The position numbers were made by a program, and so were the translations under genes. A model generated the notes under the pieces. The model saw only the letters and a list, made by a program, of their open reading frames with translations, ran no database searches and was not told the DNA's origin. DNA of 64,000 nucleotides from Asterias rubens (Eukaryota): assembly GCF_902459465.1 (NCBI RefSeq), contig NC_047064.1, positions 768,762 through 832,761 of the forward strand, in the 5' to 3' direction. This document shows, one piece after another, positions 1 to 10,605 of this stretch. Each line of letters begins with the position of its first letter. Position 1 is the first letter of the stretch.

Positions 1-577
1 TCTCTAAGTGTTTTACAACGTGTCATATCAATTAAGCAAAGTGGACAACATTGATCCTTGTCAAAAACCAGTATCAACACTTCATGTGACAGATACAGAT
101 GAAGAAAATAACAAACATGTGAAGGTTTCGATTCAATTGGTCATCAGATGTTTGCTTGTATGGAAAGCGTTATTATGGTGATGAGGTAATGATTGAATGA
201 CCGTGATTGTCAAACATAAGGAGTGTCAATAATCTGTGAATCCTGGTCGTTATAGAACGATGGGTTGGGAGAATGAATGGCTTTCCGGGAAATTTTCCCC
301 ATTGTTTAAATAAAAGGTTTTTGTGTAAGCACCTGTTAGGCGTATGGGTGTGTTTAAGATTTCTAATATGATGAAAGCAAATCTCTCCCATGCCACTTGT
401 GTCTGTCAGTGAATGTCACAAATTGCATATTACTCTCAACTAATGCTTTAACCAGATGTGGTAACGATCTACAAAGATTTGTCAACGTCGAGGTCTTTGT
501 CACTGATATGAAGTTAAACTTATTTCGGTTTGGCAAGAGAACTTTGTTTCTTTTCTTGTTCTTGTTTAAAACAGCCC

Positions 578-935
578 TTTAAAGGGAAGGTACACGTTTG
601 GTAATTACTCAAAACAAATATTAACTTAAAAACTGACTTCATAACAAGCATTGGAGAGCTGTTGATAGTATAAAACATTGTGGGAAATGACTCCCTCTGA
701 AGTAAAGTAGTTTTTGAAAAAGAGGTCATTTCTCACTAAAAAAGATAAAAGACTTCTAGCTAAAAGTATTTTGTTCCTATCTGAAATCACACAAATTCGT
801 CCAACAAGGGTGTTTTTTCTTTCATCATTTGCTCGCAACTTTGATGACCAATTGAGCCCAAATTTTCACAGGTTCGTTATTTTATGCATAAATGTTGAGA
901 TACACCAAGTGAGAAGACTGGTCTTTTACAATTAC
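578..935 (+). mobile_element. Dispersed SINE-like interspersed repeat, family A (~350 bp; 5' 'ggtaattactc', 3' 'acaccaagtgagaagactggtc').
   Basis: Homologous copies occur at 7440-7740 (minus), 13495-13860 (plus) and a 5' partial copy at 23125-23310 (plus, inside intron 4 of the gene). The shared blocks 'tttggtaattactc', 'gtataaaacattgtg.gaaa' and 'gatacaccaagtgag' are visible by eye. Confidence 0.6.
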
Positions 936-3318
936 TAAACGTGTACAGTGCCTTTAAGAAGTGTTAATTGGATTCTGTTTTATCCAAAGATCAGTAAATA
1001 GGATCACTATTTTAAAAGAAATACTCTACGGCAGTTGTGGACACCTATCTTGTTGTGCCACAATTCTTAATAATCAGTACTTTAAAAACCTATCAAGATA
1101 GTGTTTTCTAGTTATTTTTTTTGTGGGTTACAGCATACAAGGTGTTCTAGAGTATGACAATGTATTGCTAGCAGGCCTGTTTCTTCACAGAGGCAAGGAA
1201 GGCGATTGCCTCCATGCCCCCTTTGTGCCCTTGAAATGTTCCAGTAGAAATTTACAATTTCCTCATATGTTGCCCTTTACCAATGAGAAAATGCCCTGGT
1301 GCCCCTGCCCTTTCACAAATGAAAAATACAGGTCTTAGCTAGTTTGACTTGTGTGCATTGGAACCTTTGAGGAAAGAACCTGGAAGAGGTTTAATAACTG
1401 GGTGGTGGGATGTCACAGTAATAAATATTATACTGTTTGGGTTTTGTCTTCTTTTAGTTTTTGTCTATCATTGCTCAATTAAAACAGAATTGGTCTTTGA
1501 TTCTCATTTCTGCAGGAGAGTAAACGAAGAGAAGCTGAATTGTTGATGAGTGTTTGACGTTAAATATTGACAACAAATTAATCGAGATGTGAAGAGTCTT
1601 CCCTCGGATATTCATCTCATTGGACAAGTCTCATACAAAGATAGAGTTGTTTGGACTTGTTTCCAGAATGCAGGACATGTAGCTCAATGGAACGCAGGTA
1701 ACAAAGTCACGGGTACCAGCCTGTTTTGTTTGGAGAGTAAGGAGGATACTAGAACTGTTTTCAATTTAGCCGCTGGGGGCTGGGGCAAGGGTTCAGAGTG
1801 AAGTGGCCTCGTTTTGTAACCTCGTTGATACCTCGTAAGCCATACTTCAACCCGCGGTATCAAGTACTGTTATGTGCCGTGCGGTATAGTTTCTATGCAT
1901 TTCGTGAAGTCAGAGCGGGCCGGTGCTTGCGTAAAGAGCCTTGGACAAGGCTAATTGCGTTACTGTGTGTTAAACACTTAGAGCTTGCTACATTAACTGG
2001 TGTGCTTTGTCTTCTCCTGCCGATGACTAAAACATCTTAGATGAAACAATAAGATTAAATCAACCACTCTATTCAGAGCCACCAGCTCTCAGTAGGTACT
2101 TCCTCAGCGTAGAGTAACAGTTTCTTATTTCTCATCAATCTCGAATCAAGGAATGAAGAAACTGGCCAGTGTTACAAGAGTCTTGCAGGAATGTGGGGTC
2201 ACATGATCTTTCTTGATTTTCGTTTGTATTTTTCTTGAAAACTCATTGAGCCTTCACATTGTCTTGAGGGAGGTAAATCAGAAACTAAAAGGAGAACAAA
2301 GTAGTCCACAATGTATCCTAACCTGTGTTTATGTCTGGTTTTCCGACGAGTCTGTAAATCTCCTGGTAGTTCTAAGGGGTTCCAGGTCTAGAACTTGTAA
2401 ACTGCGTTCAGGAACAGTCCCATTTTGTCAAACATATCATTCTTGGTTTATACTGAGCCTTAGTTGGTGGTGGGGGGGGGTGATGCTACCACTTTCACTT
2501 GATCAAAACCGAAAGAATCATTTGGGATAAACGTTATAGAAGTGATGGTTTCAGGGTTTTATTACTTCAGGTAAATCATTATTTGTCAATTTTCTAAGAA
2601 ATCTGCAAAACATCAAATGTCATCAGCAAATGTCATCCACATTTTGTTGATGTAAAAAATGCCACAATAAGCTATTATGTTGTTCGTTTGTTTGTTTGTT
2701 GGGAATAATTAATGAATGAACTTATTTGTCAATTTGAAATAAATCGGATTTGTATCATATGGACAGTTTAGTTTCCTTGCAATAATTTGAATACCTTAAA
2801 GTATCCATGAAGGGTAACTACAAATTGTATAGTTTGATAAACACTTATAAAATCTCTTCAAAAAAATAAGACCCGCTTAGATTCCTCACCAGAAAATAAC
2901 AAATAAACAGGACTATAATTTTTTCAGAATATTATATGTTTTTCAAAGATTTGAGTCTGTGTTTGACTTCAAGCCCTTATCTCCAGTTGATGTTTGAAAG
3001 TTTTTCATTTTTTACCCTTTGTTAGCCATTTTTGCGAACACGCGAAAAAATGGGCAGAACTTTTTATTTATTTTATGTATCATTGTAGAGCATTCTTTTG
3101 TTTTTTTCTTTGTCTCTGCACTTAACAGTTTCTCAGATACTTCCTTGTAGAGCACCCTTGTCTTTAAAAATTCCATTTTTAGACCTTTTCTTTTCCCTTG
3201 TTTAGTCCTTGGTCTCCAGGTATTTAAAATGAGCCCACAGTTGTCTCAACCTTGGTGTGTCTAGATAATCTTTACTGTGGTCATCCCATTATAACAGTAT
3301 CACATTAAACAACACTAC

Positions 3319-3832
3319 CCAGTACCTAGCCCTGGTAGGACGTCCAACCTGGGCTACCAAGTACCTAGCCCTGGTAGGACGTCCAACCTGGGCTACCCAG
3401 TACCTAGCCCTGGTAGGACGTCCATCCTGGGTTACCCAGTACCTAGCCCTGGTAGGACGTCCAACCTGGGCTACCCAGTACCTAGCCCTGGTAGGACGTC
3501 CAACCTGGGCTACCCAGTACCTAGCCCTGGTAGGACGTCCAACCTGGGCTACCCAGTACCTAGCCCTGGTAGGACGTCCAACCTGGGCTACCCAGTACCT
3601 AGCCCTGGTAGGATGCCAACCTGGGCTACCCAGTACCTAGCCCTGGTAGGACGTCCAACCTGGGCTACCCAGTACCTAGCCCTGATAGGACGTCCAACCT
3701 GGGCTACCCAGTACCTAGCCCTGGTAGGACGTCCAACCTGGGATACCCAGTACCTAGCCCTGGTAGGACGTCCAACCTGGGCTACCCAGTACCTAGCCCT
3801 GGTAGGACGTCCAACCTGGGCTACCCAGTACC
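3319..3832. repeat. 39-bp minisatellite, about 13 tandem copies of cagtacctagccctggtaggacgtccaacctgggctacc.
   Basis: Near-perfect 39-bp periodicity is visible directly. Because 39 = 13 x 3 the array happens to stay open in one frame, giving the periodic 92-aa track ORF 3613..3891 (PTWATQYLALVGR)n. It is not coding. Confidence 0.9.
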
Positions 3833-3935
3833 TTGAGAATATAATTAAGTTGTTGATTCTATTATTACTCCAGTGCTTTGATTGTTATTAATATCAGCCA
3901 CAAGTCCCCAGCCCCTTCCCACCCATTCGAATCTA

Positions 3936-4640
3936 CCCCATGGATCTGACCCTTTTGGGGATTGTATTGTATTGTAAACGGACCCCATGGAAGCACTTGA
4001 TTTCTATTCTATTATTTCGAATCTTACAATACTCAGTCTCGAAATAGAGGAAGAAGGAAGGAAAATGCTCTCAAGTACCTCACCCCAATCTTCCCCATGG
4101 TCTGACCCTAAATTGACCACACTGGAAGCACTTGCATTCTATTCTATTATTGCGAATCTTATATTACTCACTCTCAAAAAAGGAAGATTGAGGGAAAAAG
4201 GACCTTGATGTTCTCAAGTACCTCACCCCCAATCTACCCCATGGTCCGACCCTAAACTGACCACACTGGAAGCACTTGAATTCTATTATATTATTGCGAG
4301 TCTTATAATACTCACTCTCAAAAAAAAGGAAGATTGAGGGAAGAAGGACCTTGATGCTCTCAAGTACCTCACCCCCAATCTACCCCGTGGTCTGACCCTA
4401 AATTGACCACACTGGGAGCACTTGAATTCTACTCTATTATTTCGCTTGTTACTATACTCACTCTCAAAATTTGGGGGAAGGGAAACAGATTGTCCTTCTT
4501 TGTGCTCTCAAGTACCCCACACCATGGAGGTAGAAATACCTCCATGCCCATACCCAATCCACCCCACAAGTACCCAACCCCCATTCCACCCATCAAACCC
4601 TTCAAATCTACCCCATAGTCTGACCGAATAGGCCTACCCA
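3936..4640. repeat. ~125-130-bp tandem repeat, about 5 copies, progressively diverged toward the 3' side.
   Basis: A recurring block 'ccccatggtctgaccctaaattgaccacactggaagcacttg.attctattctattattgcgaatcttata.tactcactctcaaaaaaggaagattgagggaa..ggaccttgatgctctcaagtacctcaccc' is repeated. It produces the similar ORFs at 3987, 4403 and 4422. Confidence 0.8.
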
Positions 4641-6199
4641 AACTTTTCGTTGGGGGAAATTATCACTGTCGAGTTGAAATCTGGAATCAAATTATTTGAA
4701 GTAAACTCAAAACCCAAACACAAACTCTGAAAGGACCCCTGTAGTTTCAAGATTGTCCTTGCAAACTTTGTCTTTTCGAAAAGTGGTCTGCAATGGTCAA
4801 AATCAAACGGTTTCGAAATCGAAGACGGAACCTAAGGCAAAGGTCTGCACCTTTGGTTTTGAAAAAAACACTAAGGGGTCAATCCCTAATTTGTAAAAGT
4901 CATGGTGGCCCCTAAATTAAATAATCTTTAAAATAGACAATCTTTCTGGAAGTAAGAGTAATTTATGTATTGCATTTCTATTATAGTTATTTGTTTACAT
5001 TTGTGTTGCCTATGTTACACATTGTGTTATCATTATTAAGTTTAGAAAATTTAAAAGCAGCCGGAATCAAAAAGCCAACTTATAAGCAATATTGGATTAA
5101 ATGTGCTGGCAACACCCTTGAGTGGGTAATGGATGAAGATAATTAAGTTTATAGCTTTTTATTGTCTGTGATGTTCAACATTATTCTAAACAGCTGTTGT
5201 ATTAGCTAAAACATGACAATAAAGAAACATCCCATCCATATGTTTAAATTTGTTCAAGATTATAGTCCAACCATTAACGATACGCATAAATGCATACAAA
5301 CTAAAACACAACGTGTTGAGAATGCGAATGCCACAGCGCAATAACTGAGTATTAACATTAAGTTTTCTATATGTGGGAGGAAAACTTTTAAACTGGGGAA
5401 AAACCAGCACTATTGGGCAAGGGTTTATATTAAAAGATCGACATAACCGTTATCATGTACAAACTCCTGCTTTTGTTTACTCATCCAATGACATAAGTGT
5501 ACCGTGTTCTCAAAACCTTTGTTGGATTTATACTCCAGAAATTTAAACGGGCGATTAAATATTTAAAATCCCAGTTAGCCCTCCACCTTTCTGGATCCAG
5601 TGTAAACGCGTCTTGGAGTTCTAGGGTGATATAGCTAGAGAGAAGCATAGAGTAAAGACAGAAGGGTGTGTGAAGTGTCTTGGCCCCTTGACCTGTGGGC
5701 TTATATGTGTACCCGCAATAATTCAGTCAAGTACCGCACTCCAGACATCCCTTGGGTTGGCTGCCAATCAAAAGGGTCAAATATTATTGCAGTCATGCGG
5801 TGGACGGCTTTTCCAAAAAACGTCAAAGGGTGTGTAAACCTCGCCTGAAATATTGGAGGATCTGTCCTTAGTTTATGAGAAACTGATAGAAACAATGCTT
5901 TAAATGCTAAGGAAAGCACCACACTATGGCACAATATTGATAAAAACACTGGTTGAAACGTCGTGGTTAAACCATGGATTTCGTTTCAAAGAGTTAAAAA
6001 AACCACCACAACTATATCCGATATCTTTAGTATTGATGTTGCCGCAAACTTTAAGAGACAGAACCACCACAACATGGCCCAAGTTCATGGCGCTGTTTAA
6101 CGATAAGCAAATTTTCGTGCTTACTCTAGCAGAACAATTTGCTGAGGGGCAAGCATATTTCACAGGTTAGCAGAAAACTTGGGCGGCCATATTGCGCGT

Positions 6200-6360
6200 T
6201 TTCCATGGATTTGCATTGTGACATCATTCCGTCTCGTGCAGTAAGCACCGGAAGGTAAGCACGCCTCTTCGTGTGCTTACGGTTAGCAGCGCTATGAAAT
6301 GGAAATCGCACAGTAAGCACAAATCTGCCGCTAAGCAGCGCTATGAAATTGGGCCCTATG
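6200..6360. mobile_element. Dispersed short repeat, family B, built from TAAGC(A/G)C motifs ('acggtaagcac', 'ttagcagcgctatgaaat' x2).
   Basis: Similar motif architecture recurs at 14540-14660, 21905-21990, 29440-29500, 29620-29790, 30570-30650, 43815-43860, and once per satellite higher-order unit (for example 45880-45940). Confidence 0.35.
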
Positions 6361-6929
6361 ATGAGAGAGATACTTGGTAGTTGGTGTTGCCAAAGAGTCT
6401 TGTTTTTTTTCCTGTCGAGCAAAGTTTCAAAACCCTCTAACTGAGTGTTCTTTGTTTTACAAATTTCAAGGCATTGAAATAAATGTGTGATGTATTTTTA
6501 TTGTAATGATAGACTGCTATAATAAAATAAACAAAAACGACCACATCTTATTACAGTCATATAGACAAACGTCTTTATGAGATGTTTACATCTTAAAGAT
6601 TTGTCTTTTCTTCAGATACAAACTTGGATGACAATTTCTGAATTGCCTTTCAAAATGTCTCTATTGATGTAGGTAACCTCGCTCAATTCAACTCAAAATT
6701 CAAATCACAAACAGACTCCGAAAGAATATAAACTGATTGTCAGTGTTTGTTATAATCGTACCGTTGATTTATTCGACTTTTAGAAATGATTTAAAATACA
6801 CACAAAGCAACACTCAAAGTCATCACCCTCCAACCCAGGGTCATCTCCGTGGACTTCCTAAGTCATAACCCTTGAAAGGGTATTTTCACTACCGTACACA
6901 CAGTCCGGTGTCGCATGCAGTTTATGTCC

Positions 6930-7100
6930 TCTATGCAATACTATCCGGAGAACATTATTGCATATGCAATAATGTCTGCCGGACGGTTTTGCATATGCAA
7001 TCGGGTCCACCCGGACGCTGCTGCATAATGCAATTGTGTCCGCCCGGTCACATTTTGCTGCACAATGCAATTGTGTCCGCTCGGACACATTTGCATCCGT
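6930..7100. repeat. Degenerate ~33-36-bp tandem repeat, about 5 copies, with a core of 'gcatatgcaat..tgtccgcccgga'.
   Basis: ATGCAAT-containing units recur. This periodicity causes the opposite-strand ORFs at 6858-7124. It ends with an exact octamer ATTTGCAT at 7087-7094. Confidence 0.6.
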
Positions 7101-7439
7101 AGTGGATAGAGATGTAGAGCTCAAGGTTGAAATATGAATGTGTAAATACTATTAACCTGGCTCGCTTTGTATAAGTCAACTTTGTAGTTAGATTGTCCTT
7201 TCACTTTACTCATCCATGCCCAACTTCAATGGCCAACTCCAAAACCAGGTTCCAAAAACAGCCCCCAAACCCAGCCTAGCCTCCATGAGCAGACAATATT
7301 TGTGTCCCTATTGTACAAAGATTAGAATATCTCTTGTACAGTGATACCAGGGATGGGTTTCACAAAGAGTTAAAACTAAACTTATATCCAGTTCGGACAA
7401 GTTACTCGTCCTAACTTAGGACTAGCCTTAAAGGCACTG

Positions 7440-7740
7440 GGAACCTTTGGTTAATGTCAGAGACCAGTCTTCTCACTTGGTGTATTTCAACATGCATAAA
7501 ATACCATACATGTGAAAACTTGAACTCGGTTGGTCATCGAAGTTGCGAGAGAATCATGGATGAAAAAAAACACCCTTGTTGCACAAGCTATGTGCTTTCA
7601 GATGCGTGAATTCGAGACCTCAGCTGAGGTCTGGAATTATATTCAAATATTTTAGTGAAAAATTACTTCTTTCTCACAAAGTTTTATAACAGCTCTACAT
7701 TGATCATTACCGAGTAAGTTTGTAAGCAAATTTTTTGTTT
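7440..7740 (-). mobile_element. Family A SINE-like repeat copy, minus orientation.
   Basis: 7450-7510 is the reverse complement of the family A 3' end 'atgcat..ttgaaatacaccaagtgagaagactggtc'. 7640-7700 is the reverse complement of the internal 'gagctgtt.ataaaac.ttgtgagaaa' block. Confidence 0.55.
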
Positions 7741-9918
7741 ATAGTAATAACCGATAGTGTTGTCCAGTGCTTTTATAGGACTGCGTCAAATAGGACTGTT
7801 CCTAAATCGGACTATCTTGGTGAAATCGACTTCAGGCCTGTCAGTCTAGGCATGGTCTAGGTGTTGAGGTCAAGCTTAAATTTCTTTGGGGAGAATGCCA
7901 TTTTGTCCTGCTCAAAAAACATTGACTGACCATCCAATGACATATTTACAGCAAGGTTTCTCTTGAGCTGGAGGAACGTGATCATAATTACATTAATGTG
8001 GTTTGGGGTTCAATTTAATTCTGGCCATCAGGGAACTAGCTAATTGACTGGGAAAGTGAGGGCATTAATCAAGGGGCAGGGGACAAACAACTTGCCCCCT
8101 AACCCCCCCCCCCCCCCCAAGCACCGCTGCTTTTTCTTGTTGCTTTCAATTTTGCCGTCTCTTTTAAATATTAAGCAAGGTCTGGGAGTGCGCATTTTTT
8201 TTACGACAGTTAAAAAAATACTTTGTCCTTTCCCTGGACGGCCTCCGCTAGATATAGTTATTGTATTGTCCAAGATCGTAACTCGATCCATTACGCATCG
8301 GTAAGCTTTTGTTATTTTGGTCAATAAGGGTTGTTTTGGTTAATTGATTTTTGAGTGTTAATATGGCAAACCAGCTGCACTCAAGTTCCACTACACCAAC
8401 CACATCAAAAGACAGGAGGCGACCATGATTATCACTTCACCACACTATTTGTTTTAAAAGAGGCTTATCCCTATCAAACTATGAGACTATGAATATAAAG
8501 GACAATATTAACACAAAAAAATCATTCGTAAAAGAAAATTGTGTTGAGTCCATTATGTTGAGTAGGACTACAGCGTTTTTAGTTTTGAAAAAAGTGTAAA
8601 TTGAAAGGGTATTTTCAGCCGAGTAATATGTTTTCTCTACACGCTAATCTAAGAGTTATCTCGTCAACCTTGTGTTTGAAAAAAAGGTCCAGAGTATTAT
8701 CAAAAGTTGTTTGAGAAATTTCGCAAACTTCAGACAAAATCCCCTGCCCCACCCCAACGTGGTGTTTCTGAAGCCTGCTTTAAAACACATGGAGTCGGTC
8801 ATGGGGCGCTTAGTGCCCCCTTCAGGGTGTGTTGACCACTACAAGAGACCCCGCCGCCCGGTCGTGACTTTACCTTGGCCTTACAGATTAAGAACACCTT
8901 CCGTTGTTGAATTCATAATCCTCATTCTACTCTGATATAAAATCAACATCAAAAGTAGTAATTGGTAGGAACATTTCTACCCTCATGATAGGAACATGAA
9001 CATATACTAACTTCGATCTTTTCCATATTTATTATAAATCTTTGGGGCACAATAGTTTGCGGAAAGTTTTCTGTGCCAATAGGTACAAATATGGGTACAA
9101 TGTGTAGCAGACCATGGATGTAGATGACCAGATACACCCACGGACTCATTCGGTTGGAAAGTTTTTTTTTTCACACCAGCAATAAAACAAAATTGAACTC
9201 TCACTTGATTCATCGAAGTTTATTCATACTCCATGATTGAAGAAAGGAATTTGAAGAGTGGCCAGTGGGTCATGGATCAGCATTGTGATAGCGTCATCGT
9301 GTTCAGAGAACAATTCCTCACCACCGTCTAGTATCAACACACAACTGTGATAACTATAAAAACATTACCACATAAACAAACTGCATGTAATCCGTCTATC
9401 ACAACATCAAACATACCAGAAGGCAAGTTCCACCTGTGGTTAAACCCAAAGCCCATAAAGGGAACCAGCTTTACAGCGTGAAGGCCAACAGAGCAACACC
9501 GTCAGCATACCCTGTTCGTCCCGTTCATTCAAGTATACAGCCAGAGCGGTAGTGCTGGTGGCCAACATACCACGGCAATCACTTGACTATAAACCAGTTA
9601 ACAAATCACGTCTAATCTGTGAATACGTATAGTCGTTTGTTATCAAGAGGGTACTCCGTTGTGTACTGACAATAGTGTTTTGAAGCACCACTACGAATCG
9701 AGGACTATTGCATGTGTTTAGGTCCAACCTTCATGTAGGGAGTAAAGTTGGGTAAGTGGGGTCCCGTTAAGCACTGACCAGTAGGCCTACACTACTCTAC
9801 CACGTACCAGCCAACCAACGATCTTCCATACTGAGTTCTCCTGGAAAACAATAGCTCAAATCACCGACACCACTCACCGAGTCGAGTTTTTCATCACGTT
9901 TAAAGTCAAGCAAACCCA

Positions 9919-10282
9919 ATGGCTACGACAGTTGACAAGGGTGCCTCAGCAACACCAGAAGTGCCTACCGTGGAATGCAGCAGTGAGCCAGACAACAGTG
10001 GTTCCCCAGTCACCCCAGTTTCTCCCAAGCAATGTCGGTTTGAGCTTGAGCCTGGAAGCCAAGGTGCTGTTCATTTCTCACCGCCTGTTTCACCGAAGGA
10101 GTGTCGCTTTGAGCTGGATGACCGACCAATGATTACTATCACTAACTTATCAGGAGTTACTGTCGCTGGAGATGGAGATAAGAAAGATGAGGAGGATGAG
10201 CGACATCAAATCCTACGCTACGTGGAGGAGAACATCGTGGGTAAAGATACCTGTTTCCCAGGACCATTCGGAGAGAAGCAAG
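9919..10282 (+). CDS. Exon 1 (ATG start) of a PLP-dependent aminotransferase class V / SufS-CsdA-like cysteine desulfurase family gene. It encodes an N-terminal extension containing a duplicated PVSPK(Q/E)CRFEL motif.
   Basis: ATG at 9919 opens a 121-codon frame. It ends at the donor CAAG|GTAATT (exon end 10282, phase 1). The downstream exon joins in frame to give ...GEKQ-VVYCDYTASGR, the class V 'YxDxAA(T/S)' N-terminal motif. The extension is not low-complexity and has an internal duplication (PVSPKQCRFELEPG / PVSPKECRFELDD). Confidence 0.6.
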
Positions 10283-10524
10283 GTAATTTATTTTATTAAT
10301 TAAAATATGACTTTCATAATTTCATTGTTTAATATCATTTTACAAAATATATGTGTTTTTTTGTTTGTTTTTAAATATCAGTCGTCGTTTAACAACAGGT
10401 TCTGTTGATAGATTTTCATTATTGATAACTAAAAATATGTATCGGGGACAAGATATACGCCGATGTGTATCAGCACTGTATACTCAGTACATTCCTGACC
10501 TCTGTGGAAAACAATCACAGTCAT

Positions 10525-10605
10525 TACTCTGGTGGGACTCGAACCCACGACTTGTGCAATTCCAGAGCTAGCATGAGGTGGTTCGAATCCCCCTTTTTTT
10601 TTTAG
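10525..10605. other. tRNA-derived fragment pair with an oligo-T run (SINE tail or tRNA pseudogene).
   Basis: The plus strand 'tggtgggactcgaacccac' is the reverse complement of a perfect tRNA T-arm (GTGGG TTCGAGT CCCAC). The adjacent plus-strand 'gaggtggttcgaatccccc' is followed by T10, a Pol III terminator-like run. No complete cloverleaf can be folded. Confidence 0.4.

Noticed and set aside
3613-3891. 92-aa ORF with the periodic sequence (PTWATQYLALVGR)n.
   Set aside because: It is a direct read-through of the 39-bp minisatellite (13 codons per unit). It is open only because the unit length is a multiple of 3.
5666-6422. Cluster of 60-98-aa ORFs on both strands, as a possible upstream gene.
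   Set aside because: No consensus splice sites frame them. The composition is ordinary intergenic. Part of the region is the TAAGC-motif dispersed repeat (6200-6360).
8040-8324. Overlapping 94-aa (minus) and 86-aa (plus) ORFs.
   Set aside because: The open frames are driven by a C15/G15 homopolymer and low-complexity flanks (PPNPPPPPK / GGGGGLGGK). ORFs on both strands over the same span indicate lack of stops, not coding.
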